Assembly: GCF_037042905.1 (NCBI RefSeq)
Contig: NC_087261.1
Coordinates: 6,200,001-6,264,000, forward strand
Length of the DNA: 64,000 nt
Origin: Lytechinus pictus
Taxonomy: Eukaryota
Direction: 5' to 3'
A program made the translations under genes and the position numbers. The notes beneath the pieces were generated by a model. That model was not told the origin of the DNA. It made no database searches and saw only the letters and a list, made by a program, of their open reading frames with translations. Of this stretch, positions 52,401-60,397 are shown piece after piece. Positions within the stretch are counted from its first letter, which is position 1. Every line of letters starts with the position of its first letter.

Positions 52401-52821
52401 CCACTTTCTTTGGATGTGATTGGCTGAGACGCATAGTTAAATGTATCTAACTGCTGTGTAAATCAGACTTTGAAAGATAATACCTCAGAAAATTCCTTTA
52501 ATGAAACTTTCTTCCCTTTTCCCATTTTATTTTTTTCCTTTTTTTCTGTATGCTTCATTCTGAGCCATATTTTCACTGTTACCCCTCTTTATTAGGAGGT
52601 ATATATGCTCATGTTGCTATATCCCCAATGTGATCAACCCTTTGTATCTCCTTGGTTTCAGCTCAGCCTCTGTTGCCTGCTACACCCATTCCTCCAGAAG
52701 AGCTAGAAACCCTGTGCTATAATCCTGGAACACCTTCAATGGCCAACACAGCTGGAAGGTTTGGGAGCGTTCCAGGCAGTCATTTGGCCTTCCAAATCAA
52801 CCCTCAAGAAGTTGCAAAAGT
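4449..52821 (+). CDS. LAMA2: Laminin subunit alpha-1/alpha-2-like gene, partial (43 exons; L4a end, LEb, L4b, LEc, coiled coil, LG1-3, start of LG4)
   Basis: Hand-spliced 43 GT-AG exons give one open frame of about 2045 codons. Eight complete LE repeats lie between the two L4 domains and three before the coiled coil, which is the alpha1/alpha2 layout. LG3 has RKRR as in vertebrate alpha2. The symbol denotes the LAMA1/LAMA2 co-ortholog. Confidence 0.93.
4687..9678. mobile_element. Non-autonomous piggyBac-like element (~5.0 kb)
   Basis: TTAA|ccctttgcgtgcg ... cgcacgcaaaggg|TTAA (perfect 13-bp TIRs, TTAA TSD); subterminal direct repeats; no long ORF. Confidence 0.82.
10714..10827 (+). CDS. LAMA2: Laminin alpha exon 2: LE
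   Basis: ttag|TCT..TCA|gtaagt; [38 protein letters not shown]. Confidence 0.93.
11590..11717 (+). CDS. LAMA2: Laminin alpha exon 3: LE
   Basis: ttcag|CAA..AG|gttagt; [22 protein letters not shown]...CACPL. Confidence 0.93.
12160..12246 (+). CDS. LAMA2: Laminin alpha exon 4: LE
   Basis: cacag|C..AA|gtaaga; [28 protein letters not shown]. Confidence 0.92.
12732..12946 (+). CDS. LAMA2: Laminin alpha exon 5: LE
   Basis: atcag|A..G|gtttgt; CVDGFYGDP...[18 protein letters not shown]. Confidence 0.92.
13605..13711 (+). CDS. LAMA2: Laminin alpha exon 6: LE
   Basis: tgcag|CC..TCA|gtaagt; [35 protein letters not shown]. Confidence 0.93.
14508..14688 (+). CDS. LAMA2: Laminin alpha exon 7: LE
   Basis: catag|CCT..T|gtaagt; [21 protein letters not shown]...[14 protein letters not shown]. 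Confidence 0.93.
15227..16569 (+). mobile_element. Helentron-associated (HINE/pearl/Tsp-like) element with an internal ~163-bp tandem array
   Basis: Subterminal inverted repeat gtctcgcctgcat (15232) / atgcaggcgagac (16535); (GGC)n near the 5' end; about 7 tandem units; T-rich ends. Confidence 0.8.
16621..16757 (+). CDS. LAMA2: Laminin alpha exon 8: LE
   Basis: tacag|CC..AAG|gttagt; [38 protein letters not shown]. Confidence 0.93.
16933..16997 (+). CDS. LAMA2: Laminin alpha exon 9: LE
   Basis: atcag|CCA..AG|gttagt; [21 protein letters not shown]. Confidence 0.92.
17464..17626 (+). CDS. LAMA2: Laminin alpha exon 10: LE
   Basis: ttcag|G..AAG|gtgagt; [28 protein letters not shown]...GSCVCK. 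Confidence 0.93.
17640..18130. repeat. Polypurine (GA-rich) tract
   Basis: Almost entirely G/A on the + strand. Confidence 0.9.
18378..18518 (+). CDS. LAMA2: Laminin alpha exon 11: LE into L4b
   Basis: accag|GCC..AGG|gtgagt; [11 protein letters not shown]...[14 protein letters not shown]. Confidence 0.93.
18921..19103 (+). CDS. LAMA2: Laminin alpha exon 12: L4b
   Basis: attag|ATT..AAG|gtgaga; ends with the L4 motif [12 protein letters not shown]. Confidence 0.92.
19725..19907 (+). CDS. LAMA2: Laminin alpha exon 13: L4b
   Basis: attag|GTC..GAG|gtaagg; [14 protein letters not shown]...LELYE. Confidence 0.92.
20340..20461 (+). CDS. LAMA2: Laminin alpha exon 14: L4b
   Basis: tccag|CAC..AG|gttagt; [20 protein letters not shown]. 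Confidence 0.92.
21116..21233 (+). CDS. LAMA2: Laminin alpha exon 15: L4b end / LE half
   Basis: tacag|G..GAG|gtgaga; ISSVYMEV...[16 protein letters not shown]. Confidence 0.93.
21800..21913 (+). CDS. LAMA2: Laminin alpha exon 16: LE
   Basis: tctag|GAG..AAG|gtaagt; [30 protein letters not shown]. Confidence 0.93.
22492..22619 (+). CDS. LAMA2: Laminin alpha exon 17: LE
   Basis: gacag|GAT..AA|gtaaga; [25 protein letters not shown]...CGCPL. Confidence 0.93.
23001..24029 (-). CDS. Tc1 transposase, DD34E, 342 aa from ATG at 24029
   Basis: N-terminal HTH, GRP linker, [14 protein letters not shown] and SPDLNPIE with 34 residues between the second D and E; C-terminal GGHTRY; no stops or frameshifts. 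Confidence 0.96.
   Translation of the reverse strand: MPRHHLSETDVARALGMLEAGLSQRRVARMMGVSHSVISRANQRHRETGLYSERPRSGRPVSTTPRDDRYLTNLSLRNRFHSARRLNNDFAAATGVIVSTQTIRNRLHRANMHARRPAQCVPLTPAHRRIRLNWAREHVRWTRQQWRRVLFTDERRFSLDHNDGRSRVWRRPGERFADPCIAEHDRYGGGSVMVWGGITYANRTRLYVVPGGAMTGVRYRDEVPEPIVVPFAENVGQNIIFMDDNARAHRARVVTEFLEGQGIERMEWPARSPDLNPIEHVWDMMGRSLDQLEAHPLGLQQLGVALEAAWDALDVRDINRLISSMRQRCEAVIAAGGGHTRY
24021..24420. repeat. ~167-bp tandem repeat (about 2.4 copies) in the Tc1 5' leader
   Basis: tcttggcattgct..ttgttgattgta.agactaaagac.gaaaatgc recurs at 24021, 24190 and 24356. Confidence 0.9.
25188..25591. mobile_element. Harbinger-type MITE (404 bp)
   Basis: TAA|agcccgtctgacactatgc ... gcatagtgtgagacgagct|TAA. 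Confidence 0.75.
25672..25758 (+). CDS. LAMA2: Laminin alpha exon 18: LE
   Basis: tttag|T..AG|gtgatt; (NN)[28 protein letters not shown]. Confidence 0.9.
26252..26445 (+). CDS. LAMA2: Laminin alpha exon 19: last LE
   Basis: gacag|G..T|gtaaga; [26 protein letters not shown]...GDGCT. Confidence 0.93.
27170..27312 (+). CDS. LAMA2: Laminin alpha exon 20: start of coiled coil
   Basis: tgtag|CA..CAG|gtaagt; [14 protein letters not shown]...PPPWPIL, matching the alpha1/2 coiled-coil start. Confidence 0.92.
28003..28113 (+). CDS. LAMA2: Laminin alpha exon 21: coiled coil
   Basis: tacag|GAT..AAA|gtaagt; [20 protein letters not shown]... Confidence 0.87.
28822..28933 (+). CDS. LAMA2: Laminin alpha exon 22: coiled coil
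   Basis: gcaag|CTT..G|gtatga; AAG acceptor is needed to keep phase; [29 protein letters not shown]. Confidence 0.82.
29486..29639 (+). CDS. LAMA2: Laminin alpha exon 23: coiled coil
   Basis: atcag|AA..AG|gtaaga; [14 protein letters not shown]. Confidence 0.9.
29957..30167 (+). CDS. LAMA2: Laminin alpha exon 24: coiled coil
   Basis: tacag|A..CAG|gtgtgt; LARMSLNK...[12 protein letters not shown]. Confidence 0.88.
30375..32155. repeat. 76-bp G/T-rich minisatellite (~23 units) containing TTAGGG
   Basis: attttgagg recurs at 30541, 30617 and 30693; the unit is built from hexamers (gagggt, gtgggt, gaatgt, gaagtt, gaggat, tagggt). Confidence 0.92.
32412..32528 (+). CDS. LAMA2: Laminin alpha exon 25: coiled coil
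   Basis: atcag|AAC..CAG|gtagga; [15 protein letters not shown]. Confidence 0.9.
32949..33106 (+). CDS. LAMA2: Laminin alpha exon 26: coiled coil
   Basis: ttcag|ATG..AA|gtaaga; [16 protein letters not shown]. Confidence 0.9.
33433..33571 (+). CDS. LAMA2: Laminin alpha exon 27: coiled coil
   Basis: tacag|C..AAG|gtatat; [19 protein letters not shown]. Confidence 0.9.
33949..34171 (+). CDS. LAMA2: Laminin alpha exon 28: coiled coil
   Basis: ttcag|ACT..G|gtatgc; [11 protein letters not shown]...heptad-rich. Confidence 0.9.
34737..34919 (+). CDS. LAMA2: Laminin alpha exon 29: coiled coil
   Basis: ggtag|AT..G|gtaggt; phase-compatible, Ala/Lys-rich helical sequence. Confidence 0.85.
35005..35245 (-). 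mobile_element. tRNA-derived SINE (different family)
   Basis: Minus strand reads gtgttggcttagtag...gggagttcaaaccc (A and B boxes) followed by a SINE-like body. Confidence 0.6.
35530..35684 (+). CDS. LAMA2: Laminin alpha exon 30: end of coiled coil
   Basis: catag|TG..AGG|gtaaga; [18 protein letters not shown]. Confidence 0.9.
36217..36360 (+). CDS. LAMA2: Laminin alpha exon 31: LG1
   Basis: ttcag|ATC..AGT|gtgagt; [17 protein letters not shown]...NNMIFYVG. Confidence 0.92.
36422..36690. mobile_element. MITE with CTG TSD (copy 1 of 2)
   Basis: CTG|ggccccgtcttacaaagagttacgattgatc ... gatcaatcgcaactctttgtaagacgggctc|CTG; homologous to 39323-39590. Confidence 0.85.
37538..37671 (+). CDS. LAMA2: Laminin alpha exon 32: LG1
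   Basis: tccag|GGT..AG|gtgagt; [21 protein letters not shown]...WYKVNIER. Confidence 0.94.
38133..38289 (+). CDS. LAMA2: Laminin alpha exon 33: LG1
   Basis: ttcag|A..AAC|gtatgt; [16 protein letters not shown]. Confidence 0.92.
38357..38943 (+). mobile_element. Second HINE/pearl-like element with 157-bp tandem units
   Basis: ttttattatacgcccgtc start; (GTCC)n microsatellite; ataacttcagt recurs at ~38442, 38599 and 38756; ends ...actcttgtt. Confidence 0.72.
39323..39590. mobile_element. MITE with CTG TSD (copy 2 of 2)
   Basis: Colinear with 36422-36690 over its whole length; CTG flanks. Confidence 0.85.
39654..39775 (+). CDS. LAMA2: Laminin alpha exon 34: LG1 end
   Basis: tgtag|ATT..AG|gtgcgt; [20 protein letters not shown]. 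Confidence 0.92.
40567..40732 (+). CDS. LAMA2: Laminin alpha exon 35: LG2
   Basis: ttcag|C..CAG|gtgagg; YFDGTGYAK...[12 protein letters not shown]. Confidence 0.93.
41694..42114. mobile_element. MITE with GGCC termini
   Basis: ggccagtattcaatt ... aattgaatagtggcc inverted termini. Confidence 0.6.
43158..43826. mobile_element. Non-autonomous DNA transposon with 4-bp AAAT TSD (Sola-like)
   Basis: AAAT|gtgacccagcaccacaaaacccacaaaaagtcgcc ... ggcggctttttgtggcttttgtggtgcctggtcac|AAAT; ~35-bp TIR. Confidence 0.8.
44310..44641. mobile_element. MITE with ATT TSD, interrupted by a retroelement-like tail
   Basis: ATT|ggctcaaaatcacaaag ... ctttgtgaattcgggcc|ATT; internal aataaacttgaacttgaa. Confidence 0.65.
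44759..44903 (+). CDS. LAMA2: Laminin alpha exon 36: LG2
   Basis: cccag|AGT..A|gtaagt; [20 protein letters not shown]...[12 protein letters not shown]. Confidence 0.93.
45444..45567 (+). CDS. LAMA2: Laminin alpha exon 37: LG2
   Basis: ctcag|AC..TT|gtaagt; [10 protein letters not shown]...VYVGGVP. Confidence 0.92.
46054..46174 (+). CDS. LAMA2: Laminin alpha exon 38: LG2 end
   Basis: tttag|T..CAG|gtaagt; FRGCLR...GVTHGC. Confidence 0.92.
46273..46490. mobile_element. piggyBac-like MITE (218 bp)
   Basis: TTAA|ccctatcttaactggg ... cccagtttaataaggg|TTAA. Confidence 0.75.
46575..46865 (+). mobile_element. tRNA-derived SINE
   Basis: A-box-like tggtctagtggtt, degenerate B box, central gcaaggaatttacccacattgtgctgcactcaacccagg, tail agcgctatataa plus (att)n; related decayed copies near 11155-11430 and 21530-21770. 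Confidence 0.7.
47517..47693 (+). CDS. LAMA2: Laminin alpha exon 39: LG3 with RKRR
   Basis: ttcag|ACA..GAC|gtgaga; [11 protein letters not shown]...GRKRRDV. Confidence 0.92.
47805..48115. mobile_element. MITE (311 bp)
   Basis: ggcccatattctgaagtcgggtttaactta ... taagttaaacttgacatcagaatacgggcc inverted termini. Confidence 0.75.
48777..48925 (+). CDS. LAMA2: Laminin alpha exon 40: LG3 with RGDSP
   Basis: cacag|ATC..AG|gtgaga; [10 protein letters not shown]...[15 protein letters not shown]. Confidence 0.92.
48930..49575. repeat. (CAT)n tract spanning an assembly gap (N at 49010-49151)
   Basis: Perfect (ATC)n run near 49405-49460; 142 Ns. Confidence 0.9.
49622..49801 (+). CDS. LAMA2: Laminin alpha exon 41: LG3
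   Basis: tccag|G..GA|gtgagt; VNLIVDD...FYIG...SFSGCIENL. Confidence 0.92.
49820..49978. mobile_element. Short MITE
   Basis: ggggagtgtttcat ... gtgaaacgctcccc inverted termini. Confidence 0.6.
51212..51282 (+). CDS. LAMA2: Laminin alpha exon 42: LG3 end
   Basis: accag|A..C|gtaagt; [18 protein letters not shown]. Confidence 0.9.
52662..52821 (+). CDS. LAMA2: Laminin alpha exon 43: Pro-rich LG3-LG4 linker and LG4 start
   Basis: ttcag|CT..GT|gtaagt; [13 protein letters not shown]...[12 protein letters not shown]. Confidence 0.9.
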
Positions 52822-52859
52822 GTAAGTCTATAAGTTGAATATTGTTTCTGCGTTAGAGT

Positions 52860-53460
52860 TGGATTAATGATGTAACGTTGGTGATGATTTTGGCGGTGGT
52901 GGTGGGGGTGGTGGTTATGGTGGTGGTGATGATGGTGAATTTAGTGATGATGATGTTGATGATTATTATGATGATGAGGATGATGATTGTGATGATGATT
53001 AGGATGGTGATGATGATTGTGATGATGGTGAGGCTGATAATGATGAAGATGATGATGAGGAGGAGGAGGAGGAGAATGATGATGATGATGATGTTGTTAA
53101 TGATGTCAATGATGTTAATGATGATTTGATGATGGTTGATTATCATGTTGATGATGATGATGATGATGATGAGGCTGATGGTGATGATAGATGATGATAA
53201 TGACAATGATGATGATATTGATGATGATGAAGAAGATAGATGATGATGATGCTGTTAATAATGTGGATGATGGTAATGCTGTTGATGGTGATTATGATGT
53301 TGAGGGTGATGAGGCTGATAATGACAAGGATGATGATGATGAGGAGGAGGAGAATGATGATGTTAATGATGTCAATGTTGTTGATAATAATGATGATTTG
53401 ATGATGGTTGATGATGTTAATGCTAATGATGGCAACGATTTGATAAGGATAATGATTTTC
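52860..53460. repeat. Degenerate (GAT)n tract
   Basis: GAT/GGT/GAG triplets immediately after exon 43. Confidence 0.9.
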
Positions 53461-56400
53461 TCAGTGCTGGTGATAGTGTTTTTTATTGAATTTATTTTTT
53501 GTCAGTTTACTCATTACCGTATGCAAATTAATCTCATGACTCATATTTGAATAAACAAAATAATATCATTAACATGATCATAAACACTTAAATACAAATA
53601 CTACAAATAAGATAACAATGCATAGCTTTGTTTGCCGCAAGATGAATGTAAATCTATGTTATTCGCAGTCAGCAAACAGTAAAATACCAATAAAAAGAAA
53701 TAACCAAGCATAACAAAAAACAATAAAAATGATGTCATATTCTACAACTATGCTGAAAAAGTTTTAAAAGGGCTGTACAGAGAGAAGGTAATCAGAAGTC
53801 ATAAAGTAATTAGAGCATTGATTTATCATATTAATGCATCACCTACTGTATCATTTCATAATGCTTGTGAAAGCTCAACATATAGATAATTCAGATGTGG
53901 ATGTTCATGTAAAAGAAAACAAAATATAATAATACATGTACATGTGTCTGTCGTGTGAAACTATATGTCAAGGTGCATAGAGATAGGGAAAGCTCTATGC
54001 TTTCAAGAAGCTTCTGCATCGTTGGTTAGGAGTTAATCATCACCATTATCAGCTCCACCATCACCATCATCTCCATGGCCTTCATCTTCACCATTATCAC
54101 CATCATCCTCATCCTTATCATCTCCATCTTCATCATTCATATTATGAACAGATACATGTATTACCATTTTGCTGTATAAAGGTCTTATTGGTTTAAAGGA
54201 GTTTTAAACCTGGGATTGTCATTTTTCTTTCAAGCAATCTGCTTATGATGACAGTGCTTCTCCTGCAAATTGTGTTTGTTATAATAATTTGGTAGTAGAT
54301 CATATTTTGTAAAGAATGATATAAATAGTTCTTTTTCTCTATGATTCATGGCAAATACAGTTTTTTTTAATATGACATGTATGTTTGTTATGATATGGAA
54401 AAAAATTATTATATGAATGCAGAAGAAAATAAAAGAATAACAAAAAAATCAATCAAAATAATAAAAACTATAAAGCTCTGGTAATAACTGATGAGAAAAG
54501 GGGAAAAAAGATGGATCGCTATTCCCTTGCTCCTTGTTTCCCCTATTCCCATCTCGTGTAATACAGCTTAATTTGTGAAAAAAATTGAAATGGAACCCGA
54601 TATGACCCAGGGTGATACATCATCCAGGAATGCAGGTCAGTTGGAGTTGGTCAAATATTAATGAGGAGGAGCATGGTCAACTTTGCTACTGACCAAGAGT
54701 GATAGACCCAACATCTGTTAGATCCATCAAACATGGAAATACCATTTGGCTTACATTTTTTTCAATATGTTACCAGTCACCCCAAAGCCAAAAATGAGTC
54801 TCCAAGGGAAGGCTCTCTGTAAATAGCCCAAATAGTAATTTGAAAAAAAAAGAAGAGAAAATTAGAGTATCTGAAAGATTTTATCTCCTTTTTGCATTGT
54901 GAAATTTGGAAGTTGCAAAGTTATATAAGAGACAAGATGTAAGATTTTCTTTGACATCATTTTTTATGGATGACTGGAAGTTTTACTGACATTGAAGAGT
55001 CTGCGTACACCATGCTTGAATAAATCCCAGACTTCTAACCTTGCTTTCTCCTTATTCTCTGAAGCTCTCACTGTATTTTCTCTACAATCAATCTAGTACG
55101 TTCATGGATGATTGTTGATCATTTTTTTCTTCTTCTTGAAACAGTACAGGCGACCATATGGTGATAAGTCATATATTTTGATAAGATATAGATCATTCTA
55201 AAGCTCAGGATGTGCCTTTTCAAGATCAATACAAATCTCTCTTTAAAAAAAAAAAAATTTGTGGGGGTCATTGTTGGCTTTGAGATGCCAGGTCATATAT
55301 ATATGCAGTATTTTTGTAATTATGAATAATAGTTATTCTTGGAAAGCTTCATCTCTAAGGCAACCTCAAACTCAGAAGTAGTAAGATTAATATGAAGAGA
55401 AGATGACTGTCTCATACATCAAATGAATTAGGAGCTTATAAAAGCCCTAAATCTAAATTCCAACTGCACGCCATCCCTAACATGTCAGTTTCATAGTGTA
55501 CACATAATAAATACATTCATGGATACAATACAATCTTATTCAGAAATATCAAACCAGTCGAAATCTTTGTTCATAATCAAAAGGATGGTCTCTCTGAAAT
55601 ACTAGTAATGTCCAAGACTCATAATATAAGATCAATAACAGAATTCAACAGAGTCAAATCCGTGTTTTATAAAAACACAATTTTTTAAGCAGCACACTTA
55701 TTAGCCATATACAAAATTTAAACAATTCTTCCACACGCATAGAGACTATAATACAGAAGATTTAAAAAAGAAGAAAAGGAATTCAAATAAAAAAAATAAA
55801 AAGAATAAAATAAAAGAACAAACCCTTCTTTTGATTCAAGATGTGACCTTGTACTGTAAAATGGAATACAGACATTTGAATTTTTTAGGCCAGTCTATAA
55901 AAATCGCAGTTTTCCGGCTACAAGGTAACCAAGAAAATGATGGGCAAGGCTCAATTAATAGGTGAGATGATACCTTTTTCAATGATGATTGCCTTGCAGA
56001 CACAATCCCAATTTGGGTGCAATATGATGATATTGACCTCGATTGAAATGTACATGTACAGTGCATTGTATACAACAAATGTTTGTGAGTATAAAATGGA
56101 TGACTGCGTGTGAAAAATCCAACAAAAGAGAGAATTTGTTAATTTTAAATGAAATATGTTTCAAGGAGATAAAGAGTAGGTCTTACAGTCTTTAAGAAAA
56201 CAATAAAGGAATAAAAATTTGTACACCTTCTCCTCCCCCCCAAAAAATATTCAAATCATCAATTGTGGATTAATTAAAAATCAATTTGTTAAAGATGGCC
56301 ATCGGCTTATGATGTAGAATATAGAACAAATTGTAGAAGATATGTTGGCCTTTATGAAAATAATTTCCCGGTCACACTCACAAAGAAATAAAACAACACC

Positions 56401-56500
56401 AAATAACACAAAAAAAAACCCAAAGTCTCAATAAGAATTGAGCCTGATACATGTGCATACATCTGATGGAATTACTATTTTACGTGGATATGGTTCTTTT

Positions 56501-56778
56501 CAGTGGCGTGCAGATGAGGGGGGGGGATGGCTAGGCGGGGGCTTCCCCCCAATTTTTCATGACCTAGAAAAAAAGAAGAAAAGGAATGAAAATGAATGAG
56601 ACAAGGGTGATGTATATTTTCTGAATAGTATGTCAAAATCTATCAGAAAAATTGGATTTTTGTAATAAAAATGTTAAAATTTTTGCTTGCTCGCTTCATT
56701 CTTGCACAACTTTTTAATAAAATTTTCCCAATATGCCATATCTAGTCCCCTCAAAATTTCTGGCTCAATGCGCCACTG
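56501..56778. mobile_element. hAT-type MITE (278 bp)
   Basis: 8-bp TSD GTTCTTTT on both sides; cagtggcg...cgccactg termini. Confidence 0.85.
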
Positions 56779-57514
56779 GTTCTTTTCCTGCCTGTGTTTG
56801 TATCAGTGTTAAAGCATATAGAGAATCACATGTCCCAGAACTGATGCTTCTAAATGGAATTTCATATTATACAATAATGAGGCAAGGTGATAGGCAGACA
56901 CAGCCTTATAATATTTAACAGGGTCTAGAATAGCAACCGGACTTGGAAATGATATGTATCTTGACCTGTAGGCTATATCTGTAAAAACTATTCTAATCTT
57001 AAGTTTTGAAGAATGGCTAGGCAACCTGATACATTATGCTTCCCTGTCATATATGCTTCCCTGTCATACCTGTATTTGAATCCTAATTTCATAGAATGGA
57101 TCTGCAATATGATACACTGTATATATTTGCCCTTTTACATCTGTATTTTAATCCCATTGTCCGAATAGTGGCTAGGCAAGGTGAGTAATTGTGAACTGTC
57201 CCTTCACATCAAGATTCTAATTCCATTTCAAGAAGAGCGGCTAGGCAAGGTGATTAACTGTGGACTATCCCTTGCACATCTGTTTTTTAATCCAATTTAC
57301 GGAGAGTGGCTAGTGGACAGTTTCGAACCCTAAACATGCTTTAGACAGTGAGAGAACGAGACAGAGAGCATGGTTATGGGGGGGGGGTATATTTTGCCCC
57401 ATAACATGAATATTGACATTCGATTGCAAATAACACTGTCCAATCGTGATCATGGCTACATGCCTCTATTATTCAAGACATCTAGTGATTATTCAATCTC
57501 GGTCATTGTCTTAA

Positions 57515-58359
57515 CTCTTTGCCCGCCACGTACACTATCCCCCCTGCGCCACATTAATTTTGGGGTGTCACATTCAGAGGGGGTTGGCGTGCACTGTCTT
57601 ATTCAACTCACAATAACTTTTTACTGGTTTGTCGTATTGAAAACAATTGTGTAGCAAAGTTTTAGAGAAATGAATACTCTTGCCAATGGTATCATTTTTG
57701 CTATGTATAAAATCATAGATTTTGAGAATTTCAACTTTACATTCTGTTTCCAATTTTTTGTTTAGGAGGGTATTTTATACCTCTTATATTCAATACTTCC
57801 TAACGAAGGTTAACTTTCTAAGTTAGTCCATTGAAAAGATGTGTTCTTTAGCTTTCATTACATACCAAATCCATGTCTTTATGGTCATTATGAGCTAAGC
57901 AGTTTAGGATTGAAATGGGGCATTCAAAAAGAGTAAACTGACAATGAACTAAACTCTTCTATTGAAATTGTCCCGGCTACTTCTCAATAGACTTCCCGTC
58001 CTGGGAGACTTCCCGTCTATTGATACTTTGATCTCCTTATTGTTATAGGGAGGTGGCAATTTGTATCATTCTTTTATTACAAGGAAAGCAGTGCAAGCTA
58101 TTGAAAGCTCATCGAAATATATCCTAAAGCAGTTCAAAAAACTCAATTTTACGCAAAAAATCTCTATGTAAACAACATCGGCGAAAGCTATAACACGATA
58201 GCTAGATTCGTAAACAATACAATACACGCGTCGCTATTGTAAGTGTGTGCACACAATTACAATTAAATGCGTTCCGTATGCATTGTGTGCGAACTGTGAC
58301 TTGAGTTGTCGTTGGCAGTCCGCTGTATGTGCCGCGAGTCGTCCGTGGCGGGCAAAGAG
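57515..58359. mobile_element. piggyBac-like non-autonomous element (845 bp)
   Basis: TTAA|ctctttgcccgccacg ... cgtggcgggcaaagag|TTAA; perfect 16-bp TIR. Confidence 0.85.
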
Positions 58360-58707
58360 TTAAATAAGCAGGTGATCTAAGATGTCACAAGGTCCTTTAA
58401 GCAGAACTTCTCCCAGGCATGTAGGTGTCAGACTAATTCACACCCGTCCGTTCCTGTCTCTAATATCACTGTACAATACATGTCTGCAACTTAAAGATGG
58501 CTTAAAGTCTCCAAAGACCTGCTTATCCCACACTGGAGGAAGTGAGGGAGAAAGAGGATTTATCTTAAGTATTGATTCTCGGAGTTATAATTAATTTATT
58601 AATCATCAAATGCATTAGTATGAACAATTTCCAACAGCCAGGCTGAAAGTGACAGTTATTTCCTTCCAGGGCAATCTGCAGAGTGGACATTAATTACATA
58701 GTACTGG

Positions 58708-59079
58708 TAATAATGATGATGATGATAATAGTAATCATAATGATAAAAATAATAACATTAATAAAGATGATAGTAATGATAATAAAAATGATGATAGTGA
58801 TGATAATAATTATGATAACAGTAATGATAATAATTATGATAACAGTAATGATAATAATTATGATAACAGTAATGATAATAATTAATAACAAGAAAACAAT
58901 AAAGGGCACAACTACAGCAGCAGGAACAACAAAATAATNNNNNNNNNNNNNNNNNNNNNNNNNNNNNNNNNNNNNNNNNNNNNNNNNNNNNNNNNNNNNN
59001 NNNNNNNNNNNNNNNNNNNNNNNNNNNNNNNNNNNNNNNNNNNNNNNNNNNNNNNNNNNNNNNNNNNNNNNNNNNNNNN
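58708..59079. repeat. (ATA/ATG)n tract with a 24-bp higher-order unit, followed by an N gap (58939-59079)
   Basis: ataataattatgataacagtaatg x3; 141 Ns. Confidence 0.85.
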
Positions 59080-59898
59080 CTTTCTCCTTTTCTTTCTTCT
59101 AACTGACCCAGAACTGGCTTACAAATCTCATAGTCATGCAGTAAACAGTGTAAGATGGTGGTTTGTATTAATATTTGATTGTATCTGGAGCAACCCTGAT
59201 ATAATTGTGTAGTTTCATGAATAATGAGTGTTTTGCTGAATTTGAAATCATATTTAGAATCTCTGAACAATATGTTATGCAGGAGTTCAGTTAAAATGGG
59301 CCTTATTGGCCTCGTACAAAACATGGGGTGGTATTCTGAGATCCATTTTATCTCAGATGAAATAAGATATTTCATCTCTGTTAAAATCAGTGCGATAAAA
59401 TACCCTTAAATTATCTCCGAATTGGTATTCGGAAACCATTTTATCTTCAGTTTATCTCTTTAAGACAAACCTACTTTTTAAGCAATATCCAGTGAGTAAT
59501 GCCGTTTTATAGCACTCTCATCTCATTCAACCAATGAAAATTCATTCTGTCAGGAGGTGTTGGAAAGGAGCGAGATTGCGTCAATTTATTGACTTTAAAT
59601 GCTCTTGCACTATATGCTAGCGGCTATTTACGTAGACTTCTTTAAAAAAATTACAATGCTCTTCGTTTCAATGTCAATACATTATTACAACCATTTTATT
59701 TCAAAGACAATAGTTTTTAAGAAAAGCCTTATGAAATAATTTCCATTTCTACAAGATATTGTTAAGGTGGTACTTCAAATGATTACATAATTTTTCTACA
59801 TTTTCCTTTCAACATTTTTCTTGGAGCTGATTCACTTAGAAATAAATGTATTGCTAAAAGGAATGTCGAGGAGACAAAATAACCAGACCCTATTTTAA

Positions 59899-60293
59899 AG
59901 AGAAATGCCAGTAGTTGCAGTAAACACTGATTAAATGAGAAAGTCTGTAAACCAGGTTTAATTGTCAGTATATCATCAAGGATCTAGATCTGGTACAGTT
60001 ACATGAACTGAACTTTGTGAAATCATAAAATCTAAGCTGAAATACGATCACACTGAAGATCGCCAACACAGATAGGCACACGTGGGACAGTGTATTATTA
60101 TTGCTGGAATAAAGACCCGACGGAAGTGACCGAATCCGCGCTTATTTTGCTTATTTCTCAGCAATTACACAATTTCTTTCAGAATCCTTTGGCACATATT
60201 TTTTATTCATACAAACAGACACTTGGGTGGTCATATTATATTAGATTCTGTAAAGAGTCATTTTGAGATCGTTACCAAAACTGGAATTTACCT
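59899..60293. mobile_element. Kolobok-like non-autonomous element (395 bp)
   Basis: TTAA|agagaaatgccagt ... actggaatttacct|TTAA; imperfect TIR beginning AG. Confidence 0.65.
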
Positions 60294-60397
60294 TTAACGT
60301 AATTTTAGCTTTTCTTCAAAGTTACATGGGTGCAAGTGCATCATACGCATTGCAATGGTTAGATACTCAGGCACTGCTCTGTCGCATATCATATTAA

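Noticed and set aside
52853-53550. Poly-Ile, poly-Met and poly-Asp ORFs (also at 3751-4140, 48865-49574 and 58683-59375)
   Set aside because: Products of (GAT/CAT/ATA)n simple repeats; some run through N gaps.
55836-56164. LLLDFSHA..HFIL resembling a LINE reverse-transcriptase motif (also ILLFAD near 53670)
   Set aside because: Too short and degenerate to call without a profile search; at most an old remnant.
58668-58710. Possible plus-strand mini-exon (ttccttccag|...ctg|gtaata) as the next laminin exon
   Set aside because: Its translation (AICRVDINYIVL) does not resemble the expected LG4 continuation, and the donor is weak.
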